Shown in pieces: positions 38,074 to 47,397 of a DNA stretch of 64,000 bases. The stretch's first letter is position 1; every line of letters starts with the position of its first letter. Below the pieces are notes generated by a model that saw only the letters and a list, made by a program, of their open reading frames with translations, ran no database searches and was not told the origin of the DNA. The translations under genes and the position numbers were made by a program. The stretch comes from Candidatus Nomurabacteria bacterium (GTDB lineage Bacteria; Patescibacteriota; Minisyncoccia; Phycocordibacterales; CALRBL01). The stretch lies in contig CAWIDS010000001.1 in NCBI GenBank assembly GCA_963834935.1, forward strand, positions 301,500-365,499. Direction: 5' to 3'.

Positions 38074-39603
38074 ATGGGTTTAAAAATAGTATTCCTACTC
38101 TCGCTCATGGCGGGACTTGTGGGGGTGCTTTTAGGGTATGTGCTTCGTGTGTTGGTGGGTCTTTCAAAAAAAGGATCGATCGAACAAGACCTCAAAGAAA
38201 TGACTTTGAGGGCAGACGAAGAGGCTAAAAGCATTCTCCTTGCCGCCGAAGAAAAGGCGGCCGAGATCCTCAAGACGACCAGAGAGGACATTAAAGAAAA
38301 AGAAGATAACAGCAAGAAGACGGAAGAGCGCTTGATCAAGAAAGAAGAGATGCTCGACAAGAGACAGGTGGATATAGATAAGGAAGTCGAAGAGATAAAG
38401 AAAAGGATAGAAGAAGTGAGGGCAATTAAGGAAAAGACTCTGGCCCTTGAGACTTCACGCCAAAAGGAGCTCGAGCGGATCGCGCGGCTCACTATTGAAG
38501 AAGCGGAAAAAGAACTTTTCACACGCATAGAAAAGCAGAAAGAAGAGGATCTCGTTTCTCGGATGAGAAAGCTTGAGCTTTCCGCTGAGGATGCGCTTGA
38601 AGATAAAGCAAAGAATATTCTTGCTACTACCATCCAACGCCTGGCGAGCTCGGTTTCGGCTGATATGTTCACTACTCATCTCATAATCCCTTCTGATGAG
38701 ATAAAAGGAAAGATCATTGGAAAAGAAGGACGCAATATCAAAGCCTTTGAGCGTGAGACAGGAGTTGAAATCATAGTCGATGATAGTCCTGGAGCGATCA
38801 CTATTTCCTCATTCGACCCTGTTCGCCGCCAGATAGCGAAGATCGCCCTTGAAAATCTCATTGCGGACGGGCGGATCCAGCCTGCGAAGATAGAAAAGGA
38901 AGTCGAAAAGGCCAAAGAAGAGATAAATAAGGTCATAAAACAGAAAGGTGAAGAGGCGGCATACGAATGCGGAGTGCTTAATATGAATCCGCGTATCATT
39001 TCCATCCTCGGAAGACTTCATTATCGCACTAGTTATGGCCAGAACGTGCTCGCCCATTCAGTCGAATGTGCCCATATTGCCGGAATGCTTGCTGAAGAGC
39101 TCGGTGCAAACGTCAGTGTAGCTAAAGCAGGGGCTCTTTTTCACGATATCGGCAAAGCCGTTGACCATGAAGTGCAGGGAACTCATGTGGAAATCGGCAT
39201 ACGTATTCTTGAAAAGTTCGGCGCAAGCGAAGATATCATCAAAGCAATGCGTGCTCATCATGAAGAATACCCTTATGAGACCATCGAATCAGTCATTGTA
39301 CAGACAGCAGATGCCATTTCTGGAGGCCGTCCGGGGGCCCGCAAAGATAATGTCGAGAATTACATCAAGCGTTTGCAGGACCTAGAGGCTATATCCACCT
39401 CATTTAAGGGTGTCGAGAAGTCCTATGCCCTCGCAGCAGGCCGAGAAATAAGGGTTTTTGTCTATCCTCAGCAGATTTCCGACCTTGAATCGGTGAATCT
39501 TGCCCGTGACATTGCGGTGAAAGTCGAGCAAGAGCTGAAGTATCCTGGAGAGATAAAAGTGATGGTCATTCGCGAGACGCGATCCGTTGAATTCGCAAGA
39601 TAA
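38074..39603 (+). CDS. rny: Ribonuclease Y
   Basis: 509 aa; N-terminal TM, coiled coil, KH domain (IIGKEGRNIK), HD domain (HSVECAHIAGMLA...FHDIGK). Confidence 0.9.
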   Translation: MGLKIVFLLSLMAGLVGVLLGYVLRVLVGLSKKGSIEQDLKEMTLRADEEAKSILLAAEEKAAEILKTTREDIKEKEDNSKKTEERLIKKEEMLDKRQVDIDKEVEEIKKRIEEVRAIKEKTLALETSRQKELERIARLTIEEAEKELFTRIEKQKEEDLVSRMRKLELSAEDALEDKAKNILATTIQRLASSVSADMFTTHLIIPSDEIKGKIIGKEGRNIKAFERETGVEIIVDDSPGAITISSFDPVRRQIAKIALENLIADGRIQPAKIEKEVEKAKEEINKVIKQKGEEAAYECGVLNMNPRIISILGRLHYRTSYGQNVLAHSVECAHIAGMLAEELGANVSVAKAGALFHDIGKAVDHEVQGTHVEIGIRILEKFGASEDIIKAMRAHHEEYPYETIESVIVQTADAISGGRPGARKDNVENYIKRLQDLEAISTSFKGVEKSYALAAGREIRVFVYPQQISDLESVNLARDIAVKVEQELKYPGEIKVMVIRETRSVEFAR

Positions 39604-39622
39604 AATCGAAGTTGACAAGCTA

Positions 39623-39651
39623 TTTGCATATAAAATGGCTTACTATATAAT
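39623..39651 (+). promoter_or_regulatory. Candidate sigma70-type promoter for hup (-35 TTTGCA, 17-nt spacer, -10 TATAAT)
   Basis: Hexamers at 39623-39628 and 39646-39651, ~58 nt upstream of hup ATG. Confidence 0.25.
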
Positions 39652-39708
39652 AATTTGAGACATCACATAACGCTGGTCGAATTATTATCAATCAAATTTT
39701 GTCATAAC

Positions 39709-39981
39709 ATGAATAAAGCAGATCTCGTAGACGCAATTCAGAATCAGCTTCAAGGAACAAAAGTTCAGGCAGAACAAGTTGTTGATCTCATCATCAGCTC
39801 CATTACCGGAACTTTGAAGAAAGGAAAAGAAGTCTCAATCGCAGGTCTTGGCATTTTCCAGGCAAAGGAACGGGCAGCTCGAACAGCTCGAAATCCTCGA
39901 ACAGGAGAATCAATCAAGGTTGCAGCAATGCGCGTTCCTAAATTCCGAGCAGCAAAGGCTCTGAAAGACGCCGTTAAATAA
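39709..39981 (+). CDS. hup: DNA-binding protein HU
   Basis: 90 aa from ATG 39709 (MNKADLVDAIQ...); conserved HU arm (GFGxF..R.AR.GRNP.TGE). Confidence 0.9.
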   Translation: MNKADLVDAIQNQLQGTKVQAEQVVDLIISSITGTLKKGKEVSIAGLGIFQAKERAARTARNPRTGESIKVAAMRVPKFRAAKALKDAVK

Positions 39982-40003
39982 TAATTTGTTTCCACTTACA
40001 AAA

Positions 40004-40040
40004 AGGCCACCCAAGAGAATATCGCGGAGTGGCCTTTTTG
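40004..40040 (+). terminator. Rho-independent terminator after hup
   Basis: AGGCCAC(18-nt loop)GTGGCCT followed by TTTTTG; A-run upstream makes it potentially bidirectional. Confidence 0.5.
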
Positions 40041-40068
40041 TTGGTAATTTGCTAGGATATCTCGTACT

Positions 40069-40139
40069 GCAGGTATGGTTTAGTGGTAGAACACGTCCTT
40101 GCCAAGGACGAGACGAGAGTTCGATTCTCTCTACCTGCA
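40069..40139 (+). tRNA. tRNA-Gly (anticodon GCC)
   Basis: Acceptor GCAGGTA/TACCTGC, anticodon stem CGTCC/GGACG with loop TTGCCAA, T-arm GAGAG-TTCGATT-CTCTC; no CCA encoded. Confidence 0.85.
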
Positions 40140-40149
40140 CAAAAAATAA

Positions 40150-40443
40150 CTATTTGCACAATTCGACCAGTGCTTCTCTGCTATCTTCCTTCTCTACTTT
40201 GTTTGATCTCTCGAAGCCACACTTCTGGCACTGAAGAAGTATCTTTTCCTTGTCTCCCATTTTCTGATATCCGATCGGTTTCATCATTCCCTGGCATTCC
40301 TCAAGCCTATCACCCGGATTTATATCCACATGTTTGCTCCAGAGGCATTTTGGGCAATGGTTGGTGTAACCAGTCCCCTGCACTTCCACGCCGCAATGCT
40401 GACAGATGAAATTCTCAATTGTGCGGGTGAATTTTTTTGCCAT
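40150..40443 (-). CDS. Small zinc-ribbon protein, RNHCP-domain-like
   Basis: 97 aa with CxxC...NHCPKC...C..CQKC Cys pattern incl. N-H-C-P motif. Confidence 0.5.
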   Translation of the reverse strand: MAKKFTRTIENFICQHCGVEVQGTGYTNHCPKCLWSKHVDINPGDRLEECQGMMKPIGYQKMGDKEKILLQCQKCGFERSNKVEKEDSREALVELCK

Positions 40444-40469
40444 AGTTATTTTGCTTAGATTAGCCTATG

Positions 40470-41741
40470 TTAGCTCATATTGAAAATCGAGCAACAAAAA
40501 ACCTCCGACACGTTCCCACTTGCGTGGTACTTGTGCCGGAGGTAGGTGCGTTTACGCTTCCGGGAATACTTCCGGGAATAACTGAGCCTCCAGCTCCTGT
40601 AGGTTGCTGGGAATGACCTCTTCCAAGGGTTCAGGAAGAGAAGGTACCGACTTTTCGCCGCCTCGTTTCGCCGCCTCGTTTCGATGCTGCTGATGACGAA
40701 CGCTACGGCAGCGAGCCATTCCGAGCCCGTACCACGGGCACGGGTTGGCTCGCGTCGAACTGCAGATGTTATTCTCGCAGTCGGTTTGACGGCTGCGTTC
40801 GAAACCTCCGCTGATGCAGATACGCACGATTTCGACAATCCTTTCGTAAGGGATCTTCGATTTTGGACGGGCATGCGTCTTCGTTCCATTAGCAACAATG
40901 GTTACCTCCCCATCGGCACGAGTAACCCCATACCAGCAGTCTTTGTTGCTGATCTGCCCCCCAATAGCGAGGTCTTTCCAGGCAATGTTTCCCAAGTTCC
41001 CTTCCTCACTCCGAAGCGCACAGATGATGTCAAGCGCTGCTTTACGGAGTTTCTTACGAGGATCGAAGTAGATTTGGGTCCCTTCTTCCCCGAACTTGAT
41101 TAAGACATTGATCCTCCCTCCGTGGTCGGACCGGGCGTAGGCCACCGTTTCCATAGAATCCGATTCGATGTACCCGAACAGCAAAGGCTGATCGCTGACA
41201 CCTTTCACCCCCTCCACCTGAATCTTCAGGTCGTATTCGTCTTTGACGACCACATCGATGAAGCGCTTTTGTTGCGTGTAGTACTCTCCCAGCAACATCA
41301 GCGTAACGTCGATCGACTTCTGAGGGTCGTTAGGGTAGTTGTTGTTATACAACTTCACGATTGCCTCCAAATCCATGAAGCCCAGGTTCGGTTGCGTGTC
41401 AGCGTTCAATGAATAGGAGAGGAGTTTTCTAAAAACTTCCTGATCCGCAAGTCCCATGGCCTCAGCCATGAGAATGGCGGTCGATTTCCCTTCTTTTCTC
41501 CCCCCTTCTGCAGCTTGTCATCGAAACGGCCGTGGCCGATTCCGAGTAACAAGTATCCGGCCTTTTCGAACTGCGTCTCAGACATGTTGCCTTGCAACTT
41601 GTTCCAAAACAGCAGTTCCGCCGTTGTTATGCCTGGGAAAACCTTTTCCCCCCCGATGATGCGCGCAAACCAATACGCCAAAATCTCATCGAGATGCGGG
41701 CCCGTGTGGAACACCACATGTTTAACTACTGTCGTTTTCAT
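40470..41741 (-). pseudogene. GC-rich decayed gene of unknown function (three overlapping frames)
   Basis: Frames 41406..41741, 40552..41469, 40470..40898 overlap and read through; composition much GC-richer than flanks; contains 13-bp tandem duplication. Confidence 0.5.
40653..40678. repeat. 13-bp perfect tandem duplication (TTTCGCCGCCTCG x2, partial third)
   Basis: Direct read of sequence; non-multiple of 3 so frame-shifting inside the decayed ORF. Confidence 0.8.
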
Positions 41742-41890
41742 CCGATTACCAATCTAAGGGGCAAATAACCCCAGTTGTTTTTATTAAAGAGCAACCACGA
41801 AGTTCCAATATAGAACCACCGCTTCTTTAAACTGGCCTTATTATAGCATGTATATATGCAAAAGTCAATTAACTTTTATTTAGATTTTAT

Positions 41891-41966
41891 TGGTCGGAGT
41901 GCAGGGATTCGAACCCTGAGTCGCTTGATCCCAAATCAAGAATGTTAGCCGTTACACCACACTCCG
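41891..41966 (-). tRNA. tRNA-Pro (anticodon UGG), CCA encoded
   Basis: Minus-strand cloverleaf: acceptor CGGAGTG/CACTCCG, anticodon stem CTTGA/TCAAG loop TTTGGGA, T-arm CAGGG-TTCGAAT-CCCTG, 3' ACCA. Confidence 0.85.
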
Positions 41967-41993
41967 AAGAACCACAGCTTAGCACACATTCTA

Positions 41994-42386
41994 TTAAATG
42001 ATAAGGTTTTCAAGGTGCTCTATCCTATAAAGCTCGTGAGTACCTCTTTTTATGACTACCGTGATAACAGAAAATTCCCATTCGACTTCATCAGAGACTT
42101 CCCTTTCAGCTAAATATGTCTGAATTGTCCTTTTGAGCCTTCGAATTTTCCATTTATGGACATTATCCTCAGGCCTATACCAGTTTGTCCCATTAAAAAA
42201 GAAGTTCGACGTAATAGTTTTAACCTCTATAAAGTACATAATCCCCTTTTTTGATGCAATAATATCCAACTCACCCCATTTCTTAAGGTAATTTCGCTCA
42301 ATTATCGTATAGCCTGATTTTTCTAGAAAGTTACATGTGTAACTTTCACCAATGTCTCCTACTTCTCTTTTTAAGGTTTTAGCCAT
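41994..42386 (-). CDS. yraN: YraN-family (UPF0102) predicted endonuclease
   Basis: 130 aa; GESYTCNFLEKSGYTIIERNY...GELDIIA...MYFIEVKT pattern characteristic of YraN. Confidence 0.8.
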   Translation of the reverse strand: MAKTLKREVGDIGESYTCNFLEKSGYTIIERNYLKKWGELDIIASKKGIMYFIEVKTITSNFFFNGTNWYRPEDNVHKWKIRRLKRTIQTYLAEREVSDEVEWEFSVITVVIKRGTHELYRIEHLENLII

Positions 42387-42481
42387 GATTACCTCTGATG
42401 TTACATGTGTAACATTAGTTTTGTATAAAAAATAAGTAAAGTAAATCTAAAATATCTAGATAACATGGTTACATGTGTAAC
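42330..42481. promoter_or_regulatory. Three copies of palindromic motif GTTACA-TG-TGTAAC spaced 70 and 68 bp apart (operator-like)
   Basis: Copies at 42330-42343 (inside yraN 5' coding), 42400-42413 and 42468-42481 (upstream); copy 1 extends to perfect 20-bp palindrome AAAGTTACATGTGTAACTTT. Confidence 0.5.
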
Positions 42482-42644
42482 AAATTAAGTATATTTCACG
42501 TGAAACATTAGAATGGCTTAAAATATAGATAAAAGCCATGTTCTTAAGCCAAAAAGTCTGTCTTTTATACACATATCCCCCGACTTATCCCCAGAAAGGT
42601 TGATAAATATAAGGACTAAAGGAAAAAGTCAAAGACAATTTTTG

Positions 42645-42715
42645 TGCGGGTAGAGAGAATCGAACTCTCGTCTACTGCTTGGAAGGCAGTCATTCTACCA
42701 CTAAACCATACCCGC
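42645..42715 (-). tRNA. tRNA-Gly (anticodon UCC)
   Basis: Minus-strand; nearly identical to the Gly-GCC tRNA in D/T/acceptor arms (GCGGGTA acceptor), anticodon loop CTTCCAA; no CCA. Confidence 0.85.
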
Positions 42716-42770
42716 ATTGATCTGACAGGGAACATTATATCAGGACTCGTTCCTTACGGGAAAGGTCTAG

Positions 42771-42819
42771 AGTCCTGGCGGGAGCACAATCGCTTTGCTC
42801 TTGTGCTCCCGCCAGGACT
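42771..42819. repeat. 17-bp perfect inverted repeat (AGTCCTGGCGGGAGCAC / GTGCTCCCGCCAGGACT) with 15-nt loop; one arm is the 3' end of tRNA-Arg
   Basis: Direct read; arm 2 = T-arm 3' half + acceptor 3' strand + discriminator of tRNA-Arg. Confidence 0.7.
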
Positions 42820-42875
42820 CGAACCTGGAACAACAGTTCCGAAGACTGTTGTGATATCCATTTCACCACGGGAGC
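42804..42875 (-). tRNA. tRNA-Arg (anticodon UCG)
   Basis: Minus-strand: acceptor GCTCCCG/CGGGAGC, D-arm GTGA-AATGGATA-TCAC, anticodon stem ACAGT/ACTGT loop CTTCGGA, T-arm CCAGG-TTCGAGT-CCTGG; no CCA. Confidence 0.8.
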
Positions 42876-42925
42876 GTCGTTGCATCATACAATGATTAGC
42901 TTAAAATTAAAAGGTATAATAGTAT

Positions 42926-44401
42926 TTGTTGACAATGATCAAAAATATATCCAAAAATATTCCTGAAACTGTTTCACATGTAACTCAAACCCTGAAAAAG
43001 GCGGGTTTTGAGGCATATATTGTGGGTGGCTGCGTAAGGGACCTCATTTTAGGTCTTAAGCCAAAGGATTGGGATGTGACGACAAACGCTACTCCGGAAC
43101 AGATAATACCCTTATTTACCAACACTTTCTATGAGAATGACTTTGGAACGGTCGGGATGGTGAACCAGGACGTTTCTGATGAAACGTTGAGGGTGATAGA
43201 AGTCACTCCATACAGGGTAGAAAGTGGTTACAGTGACATGAGGCACCCTGATGAGGTTAAATTCAGCCAGAGCCTAGATGAAGACCTTAAACGAAGGGAT
43301 TTCACCATGAACGCCATTGCTTGCGATACTGAGCTTGTAGATCCTCATAAAGGACAAGAAGATATCAGTGAGAGAATAGTGAGGACGGTAGGGGATCCGG
43401 ATAAACGCTTTCAGGAAGATGCCTTGAGAATGTTAAGGGCAATTAGATTTACTGCCGTATTAGGCTTCCAGATAGAATCGAAAACAAAGGAAAGTATACT
43501 TAAAAATAAAGGGCTGTTGGAATTTGTATCAAAAGAAAGGATCCGCGACGAGTTCATAAGGATAATCCTCTCAAAGAACCCTCAAAAAGGTCTTGAAGCC
43601 TGTATTGAAGCGGGAATAATGTCCTATATAATTCCGGAGCTTGAGGAAGGTATTGATATAGGACAAAATAAAGCCCACAAATATAACGTTATTGAGCATC
43701 TATTAAGGACATTGCAATGCGCAGCCGACAAAGACTATTCTCTGGAGCTTCGATTGGCGAGCCTTCTTCACGATATAGGGAAGCCCCGATCGAGGCGTTG
43801 GGCTGATGATAAAAAAGAATGGACATTCTACGGACATGATGTCATTGGAGCAAAAATGGCAGAGAAGATTCTTGATCGTCTGAAATTTCCGCGAAAGACA
43901 ATTGATCTCGTAAAAAAATTCGTGCGATGGCATATGTTCTTTTCTGATACGGAACATATTACTCTTTCTGCTGTCAGGAGAATCGTTGTAAATATAGGAA
44001 GGGATAATGTATGGGACCTGATGAATCTCCGTGTGTGCGACAGAGTAGGGACCGGTCGACCGAAAGAGAATCCGTACAGGCTTCGAAAATACAAATCGAT
44101 GGTTGAAGAAGCGCTGCGTGACCCTATATCAGTTGGGATGCTCAAGCTCGATGGCAAGGATATCATAGCTGTCACAAAATCAAATCCTAGCCCTAAAATA
44201 GGCCATATTTTGCACGCGTTGCTGGAAGAAGTATTGGAAGATCCTTTATTGAATACCGAAGAATATCTCAACAAAAGAGCAGTTGAACTAAATGAATTGC
44301 CTGCAGACGAACTTGAAAAGATAGGCAAGAGCGGAAAGGAAAAAAAGGCTGAGGAAGAAGAAAAAGAAATTGAAGAGCTTCGCAAAAAATATTTCCTATA
44401 A
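42926..44401 (+). CDS. cca: CCA-adding tRNA nucleotidyltransferase with HD domain and Lys/Glu-rich C-terminal tail
   Basis: 491 aa; PolB-type NTase head GGCVRDLILGLKPKDWDVTTNATPEQI, RRDFTMNA, HD motif LHDIGK. Confidence 0.85.
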   Translation: MLTMIKNISKNIPETVSHVTQTLKKAGFEAYIVGGCVRDLILGLKPKDWDVTTNATPEQIIPLFTNTFYENDFGTVGMVNQDVSDETLRVIEVTPYRVESGYSDMRHPDEVKFSQSLDEDLKRRDFTMNAIACDTELVDPHKGQEDISERIVRTVGDPDKRFQEDALRMLRAIRFTAVLGFQIESKTKESILKNKGLLEFVSKERIRDEFIRIILSKNPQKGLEACIEAGIMSYIIPELEEGIDIGQNKAHKYNVIEHLLRTLQCAADKDYSLELRLASLLHDIGKPRSRRWADDKKEWTFYGHDVIGAKMAEKILDRLKFPRKTIDLVKKFVRWHMFFSDTEHITLSAVRRIVVNIGRDNVWDLMNLRVCDRVGTGRPKENPYRLRKYKSMVEEALRDPISVGMLKLDGKDIIAVTKSNPSPKIGHILHALLEEVLEDPLLNTEEYLNKRAVELNELPADELEKIGKSGKEKKAEEEEKEIEELRKKYFL

Positions 44402-44748
44402 AAACGAAAACACGCCCCGAAATAAATAAATGGGTACGTGGTTTCTAAAGAAGCACCGAGCCGTCGTTCGCGAAATTTATCTCAAAAAATAAACTAAAAG
44501 TGAAAATAATATTTCGACTGCGCGGCAAAGCACCCTTTGGAAAGAACTATCTTCTGATCATCACCGATTAGTGACATCAACAAACACTTTTTAAAATTAT
44601 CCTTGATCAGTAAGTCCTGAGTAAATTGTATCAGTAATAAAAGACATGTAAAGGACAACAAGTGTAAACTGGGGATAACTTCACACATCTCCCTTAACGA
44701 CATAATTCAGTATTTGAAAAAATGAAGTCGGAGGAGTAGAATGTATGA

Positions 44749-44934
44749 ATGATAAGCAAAAAAGATTCAGAAAATGACCATAGGTACATTCGGGGCCTTA
44801 AATTTATGGCGGGTGCCAAGCTGTATGATATTTTGCATAAAAATAAGAAAGATAAAGAAGTAGAAAGTGAGCTACAAAAGCAGGTAACTGAACTTCAGGA
44901 AAGACTTAAGAAGTTAGAAGAGGGTCAAAAGTAA
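44749..44934 (+). CDS. Hypothetical small coiled-coil protein
   Basis: 61-aa ORF, weak. Confidence 0.25.
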   Translation: MISKKDSENDHRYIRGLKFMAGAKLYDILHKNKKDKEVESELQKQVTELQERLKKLEEGQK

Positions 44935-45065
44935 AATTTGACTTTATCCACTTTCCCGATTAGTATCTGAAACCTGCCTCAAGGTATAATAAAATCCGCC
45001 TTCCAGTTGGAAAGCGGATTTATCGCAAGATTTATATTACTTTTCAACCTAAGGCCCGATTAACT

Positions 45066-45281
45066 TTAAGGTTGAAAAGGAGACGGAACAGGCATTTTCA
45101 TTACGACATCAGCCATCTTTCCTAACTGAACTTCAGTTTCGGAAGTTAGCTCTTCGCGGGTGAAGATGCCTTTTCTTATTAACAACTCCGCAATAGAAGC
45201 CATTGTGGCAGTGTTAATATTTTGAAACACGCTTGGGCCAATTCTGGGAAGCATCGTTTCAATGAATTTTTCGTTTTTCAT
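45066..45281 (-). CDS. Hypothetical small protein
   Basis: 71-aa ORF adjacent to IS element, weak. Confidence 0.3.
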   Translation of the reverse strand: MKNEKFIETMLPRIGPSVFQNINTATMASIAELLIRKGIFTREELTSETEVQLGKMADVVMKMPVPSPFQP

Positions 45282-45599
45282 TGGTCTTTGGTATTTACAC
45301 TATCTTTCTCTCAACCTAAAAGAGTGGGGCGTTTGTGTCGACCTCACCTATTAAAACCGCCCACTTATTATCTGAACATTTATTCTGATACTAAATGTGT
45401 GATTCTAACTCGGCGCAATCATGGGTGGAAACTGGTTAGAAAACAAAAAAGAGACAAATAAAAAAACCCGTTTCAACGACTCTAGCGAAGGGCGAGCAAC
45501 AAGACTTTCGTTTTTGTTGTTTTGCCTTTTCAGGCGTTGGACTTTTAATCCTTCGCCAGATGCGTTGTAACAGGTTCTACCTGCTTGTTGCTCTACTTA

Positions 45600-46625
45600 T
45601 TGAGGGAGTCCAAACCCTACTCTTTATTAAGTAACTTTGGAGAGTATGATACACTAATACGATATAAAAGTCAAACATGACCAAAAACCAATTTCTCTCT
45701 ATCTTGAAGCGTGCAATAAAGCACCGAGCAAAACCCCAAAGCGTTCCCTGTCGTTGCCTCGATTGTTGTAATGAAAGACAAAAGCGTCAAGGTAAGCCTG
45801 TAGGTGTTGCTTCGAAATGACCTTGTAAGTGCCTTTGATGCTTCTCTTTAGGTGAGCCACGAAAGTCTCAATGGTGTTGATATGAATATCACCTCTCACG
45901 TATTCTCCTTTGCTGTGGTCAACCGAGTGTCGGTCGTAAGTCTTATCAGATCTTTTGTATACCTTGCTACTGTCGGTGATGATGCTTGTAGCCTTAGTCT
46001 CGATATTCCTTTCAATGAAGTCCTGCATTGTCCTCGCAGAGCTGTCTTCCATGACTTCCGCTCTCATCTTTCCATATCGCTCTACCGCCATGGTGATGAT
46101 TGATTTTCTAGCCATTACTTGTCCTAGCTTTTCATTATTCTTTCCTGCGTTCCCTTTGCCTCCGAAGTAAGCAGTATCTATCTCCACGTCTCCTTTGAGC
46201 TTTAACTTGTCCTGTGGCAAAGCCTTGCGTATCAGGCTCAATATCCTCCAAGCGCACTTGTAGGTAACTCCAAGCTGTCGTTCCAGTTCCTTAGCCGAGA
46301 TACCGCTCTTGGCGTTTGAGAAGATAAAGATTGCATGAAACCACAAGGATAGTGGAGTATCTGACTTGTGGAAGATTGTAGTCGAAGCAGGGGCAATCTG
46401 AAAACGACACTTCGAGCATTGATACTGCTTGCGACCCTTTATCTGTCGGTACGTTCCGCCACATGAGCAAGAACGGCTGTGCAAGGTATCGAATATCAAG
46501 TCTAAGCATGTCTCGTCTGTGGGGAAGTCCCTCCTTAAATCTGCTATTGAGTATTTTGTTTCTTTTGCCATGTACCTATCCTATACCCTAGTGATTATGT
46601 TGTCAAGGGATAAGTGTGGATAACT
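45600..46625 (-). mobile_element. IS1595-family insertion sequence (boundaries approximate)
   Basis: Contains single transposase ORF; terminal inverted repeats not confidently resolved. Confidence 0.4.
45699..46571 (-). CDS. IS1595-family (ISXO2-like) DDE transposase with N-terminal zinc-ribbon
   Basis: 290 aa; N-terminal CxxC...CSKC zinc ribbon (transposase zinc-ribbon domain), DDE core, typical length. Confidence 0.85.
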   Translation of the reverse strand: MAKETKYSIADLRRDFPTDETCLDLIFDTLHSRSCSCGGTYRQIKGRKQYQCSKCRFQIAPASTTIFHKSDTPLSLWFHAIFIFSNAKSGISAKELERQLGVTYKCAWRILSLIRKALPQDKLKLKGDVEIDTAYFGGKGNAGKNNEKLGQVMARKSIITMAVERYGKMRAEVMEDSSARTMQDFIERNIETKATSIITDSSKVYKRSDKTYDRHSVDHSKGEYVRGDIHINTIETFVAHLKRSIKGTYKVISKQHLQAYLDAFVFHYNNRGNDRERFGVLLGALLHASR

Positions 46626-47393
46626 TTATTTCAGCTCAAGCAAAAGAGGGCAGTGATCTGAACCAGTTATATCTTCATATATGCTTGCCTTCTTGATCTT
46701 GTCCTTTAAGTCTTCGCTCACGAAGAAATAGTCTATTCTCCAGCCAACATTCCTTTCCCTCGCGAAGGTCTTCATATCCCAGTAGGTATATTTATCCTTG
46801 ATGTCTCCGTTCTTGAAACGGAAAGTATCTATGTAGCCGTGGGAAATGACTTTGTCGATCCATTTCCTTTCCTGGGGAAGGAATCCAGTGTTCATTGCAT
46901 TTTCCTTTGGTCGCGCAAGATCTATTTCCGTGTGGGCAGTATTCACATCACCACAGAAAATCACGGATACCCCTTTCTTTTTTAATTTGTCGACATATTC
47001 CAGAAAGGCATCGTAATATTTCATCTTGAAGTCCAAGCGGATAGGGCCACCTCCGCCATTAGGGAAGTAGATATTTATAAGAGTGAATTCCTCGAAATGG
47101 AGGGCGATAAATCGTCCTTCCTGATCGAGTTCTTCGACTCCAAGGCCATAATCAATGTTCAGAGGAGCTATTTTCGTATATATAGCCACTCCACTATAAC
47201 CCTTTCTCCCTTTTGAATGGTCAAAATAAGCTATATAACCCTTTATTTCTTTGAGTTCTAGCGGAAGCTGGTCAGGATGAGCTTTCGTTTCCTGAAAGCA
47301 GAACATATCCGGCTTTTCTTTGATGATCCAATTAAGCTTTCCTTTCTTATGCCAAGCCCGTATACCGTTTACATTCCATGAGATTATTTTCAT
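46626..47393 (-). CDS. xth: Exodeoxyribonuclease III (AP endonuclease, Xth family)
   Basis: 255 aa from MKIISWNVNGIRA; EEP-family motifs (QETK, GDVNTAH, SDHCP). Confidence 0.9.
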   Translation of the reverse strand: MKIISWNVNGIRAWHKKGKLNWIIKEKPDMFCFQETKAHPDQLPLELKEIKGYIAYFDHSKGRKGYSGVAIYTKIAPLNIDYGLGVEELDQEGRFIALHFEEFTLINIYFPNGGGGPIRLDFKMKYYDAFLEYVDKLKKKGVSVIFCGDVNTAHTEIDLARPKENAMNTGFLPQERKWIDKVISHGYIDTFRFKNGDIKDKYTYWDMKTFARERNVGWRIDYFFVSEDLKDKIKKASIYEDITGSDHCPLLLELK

Positions 47394-47397
47394 ATAT

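Noticed and set aside
38022-38672. 216-aa Ser-rich minus-strand ORF
   Set aside because: It is antisense to rny. The low-complexity S-rich translation comes from the antisense of GAA/AAG-rich coding sequence.
40083-40409. 108-aa plus-strand ORF
   Set aside because: It starts inside tRNA-Gly(GCC) and is antisense to the RNHCP zinc-ribbon gene.
42644-42895. 83-aa ORF
   Set aside because: It overlaps two tRNA genes (Gly-UCC, Arg-UCG), and its translation is non-protein-like.
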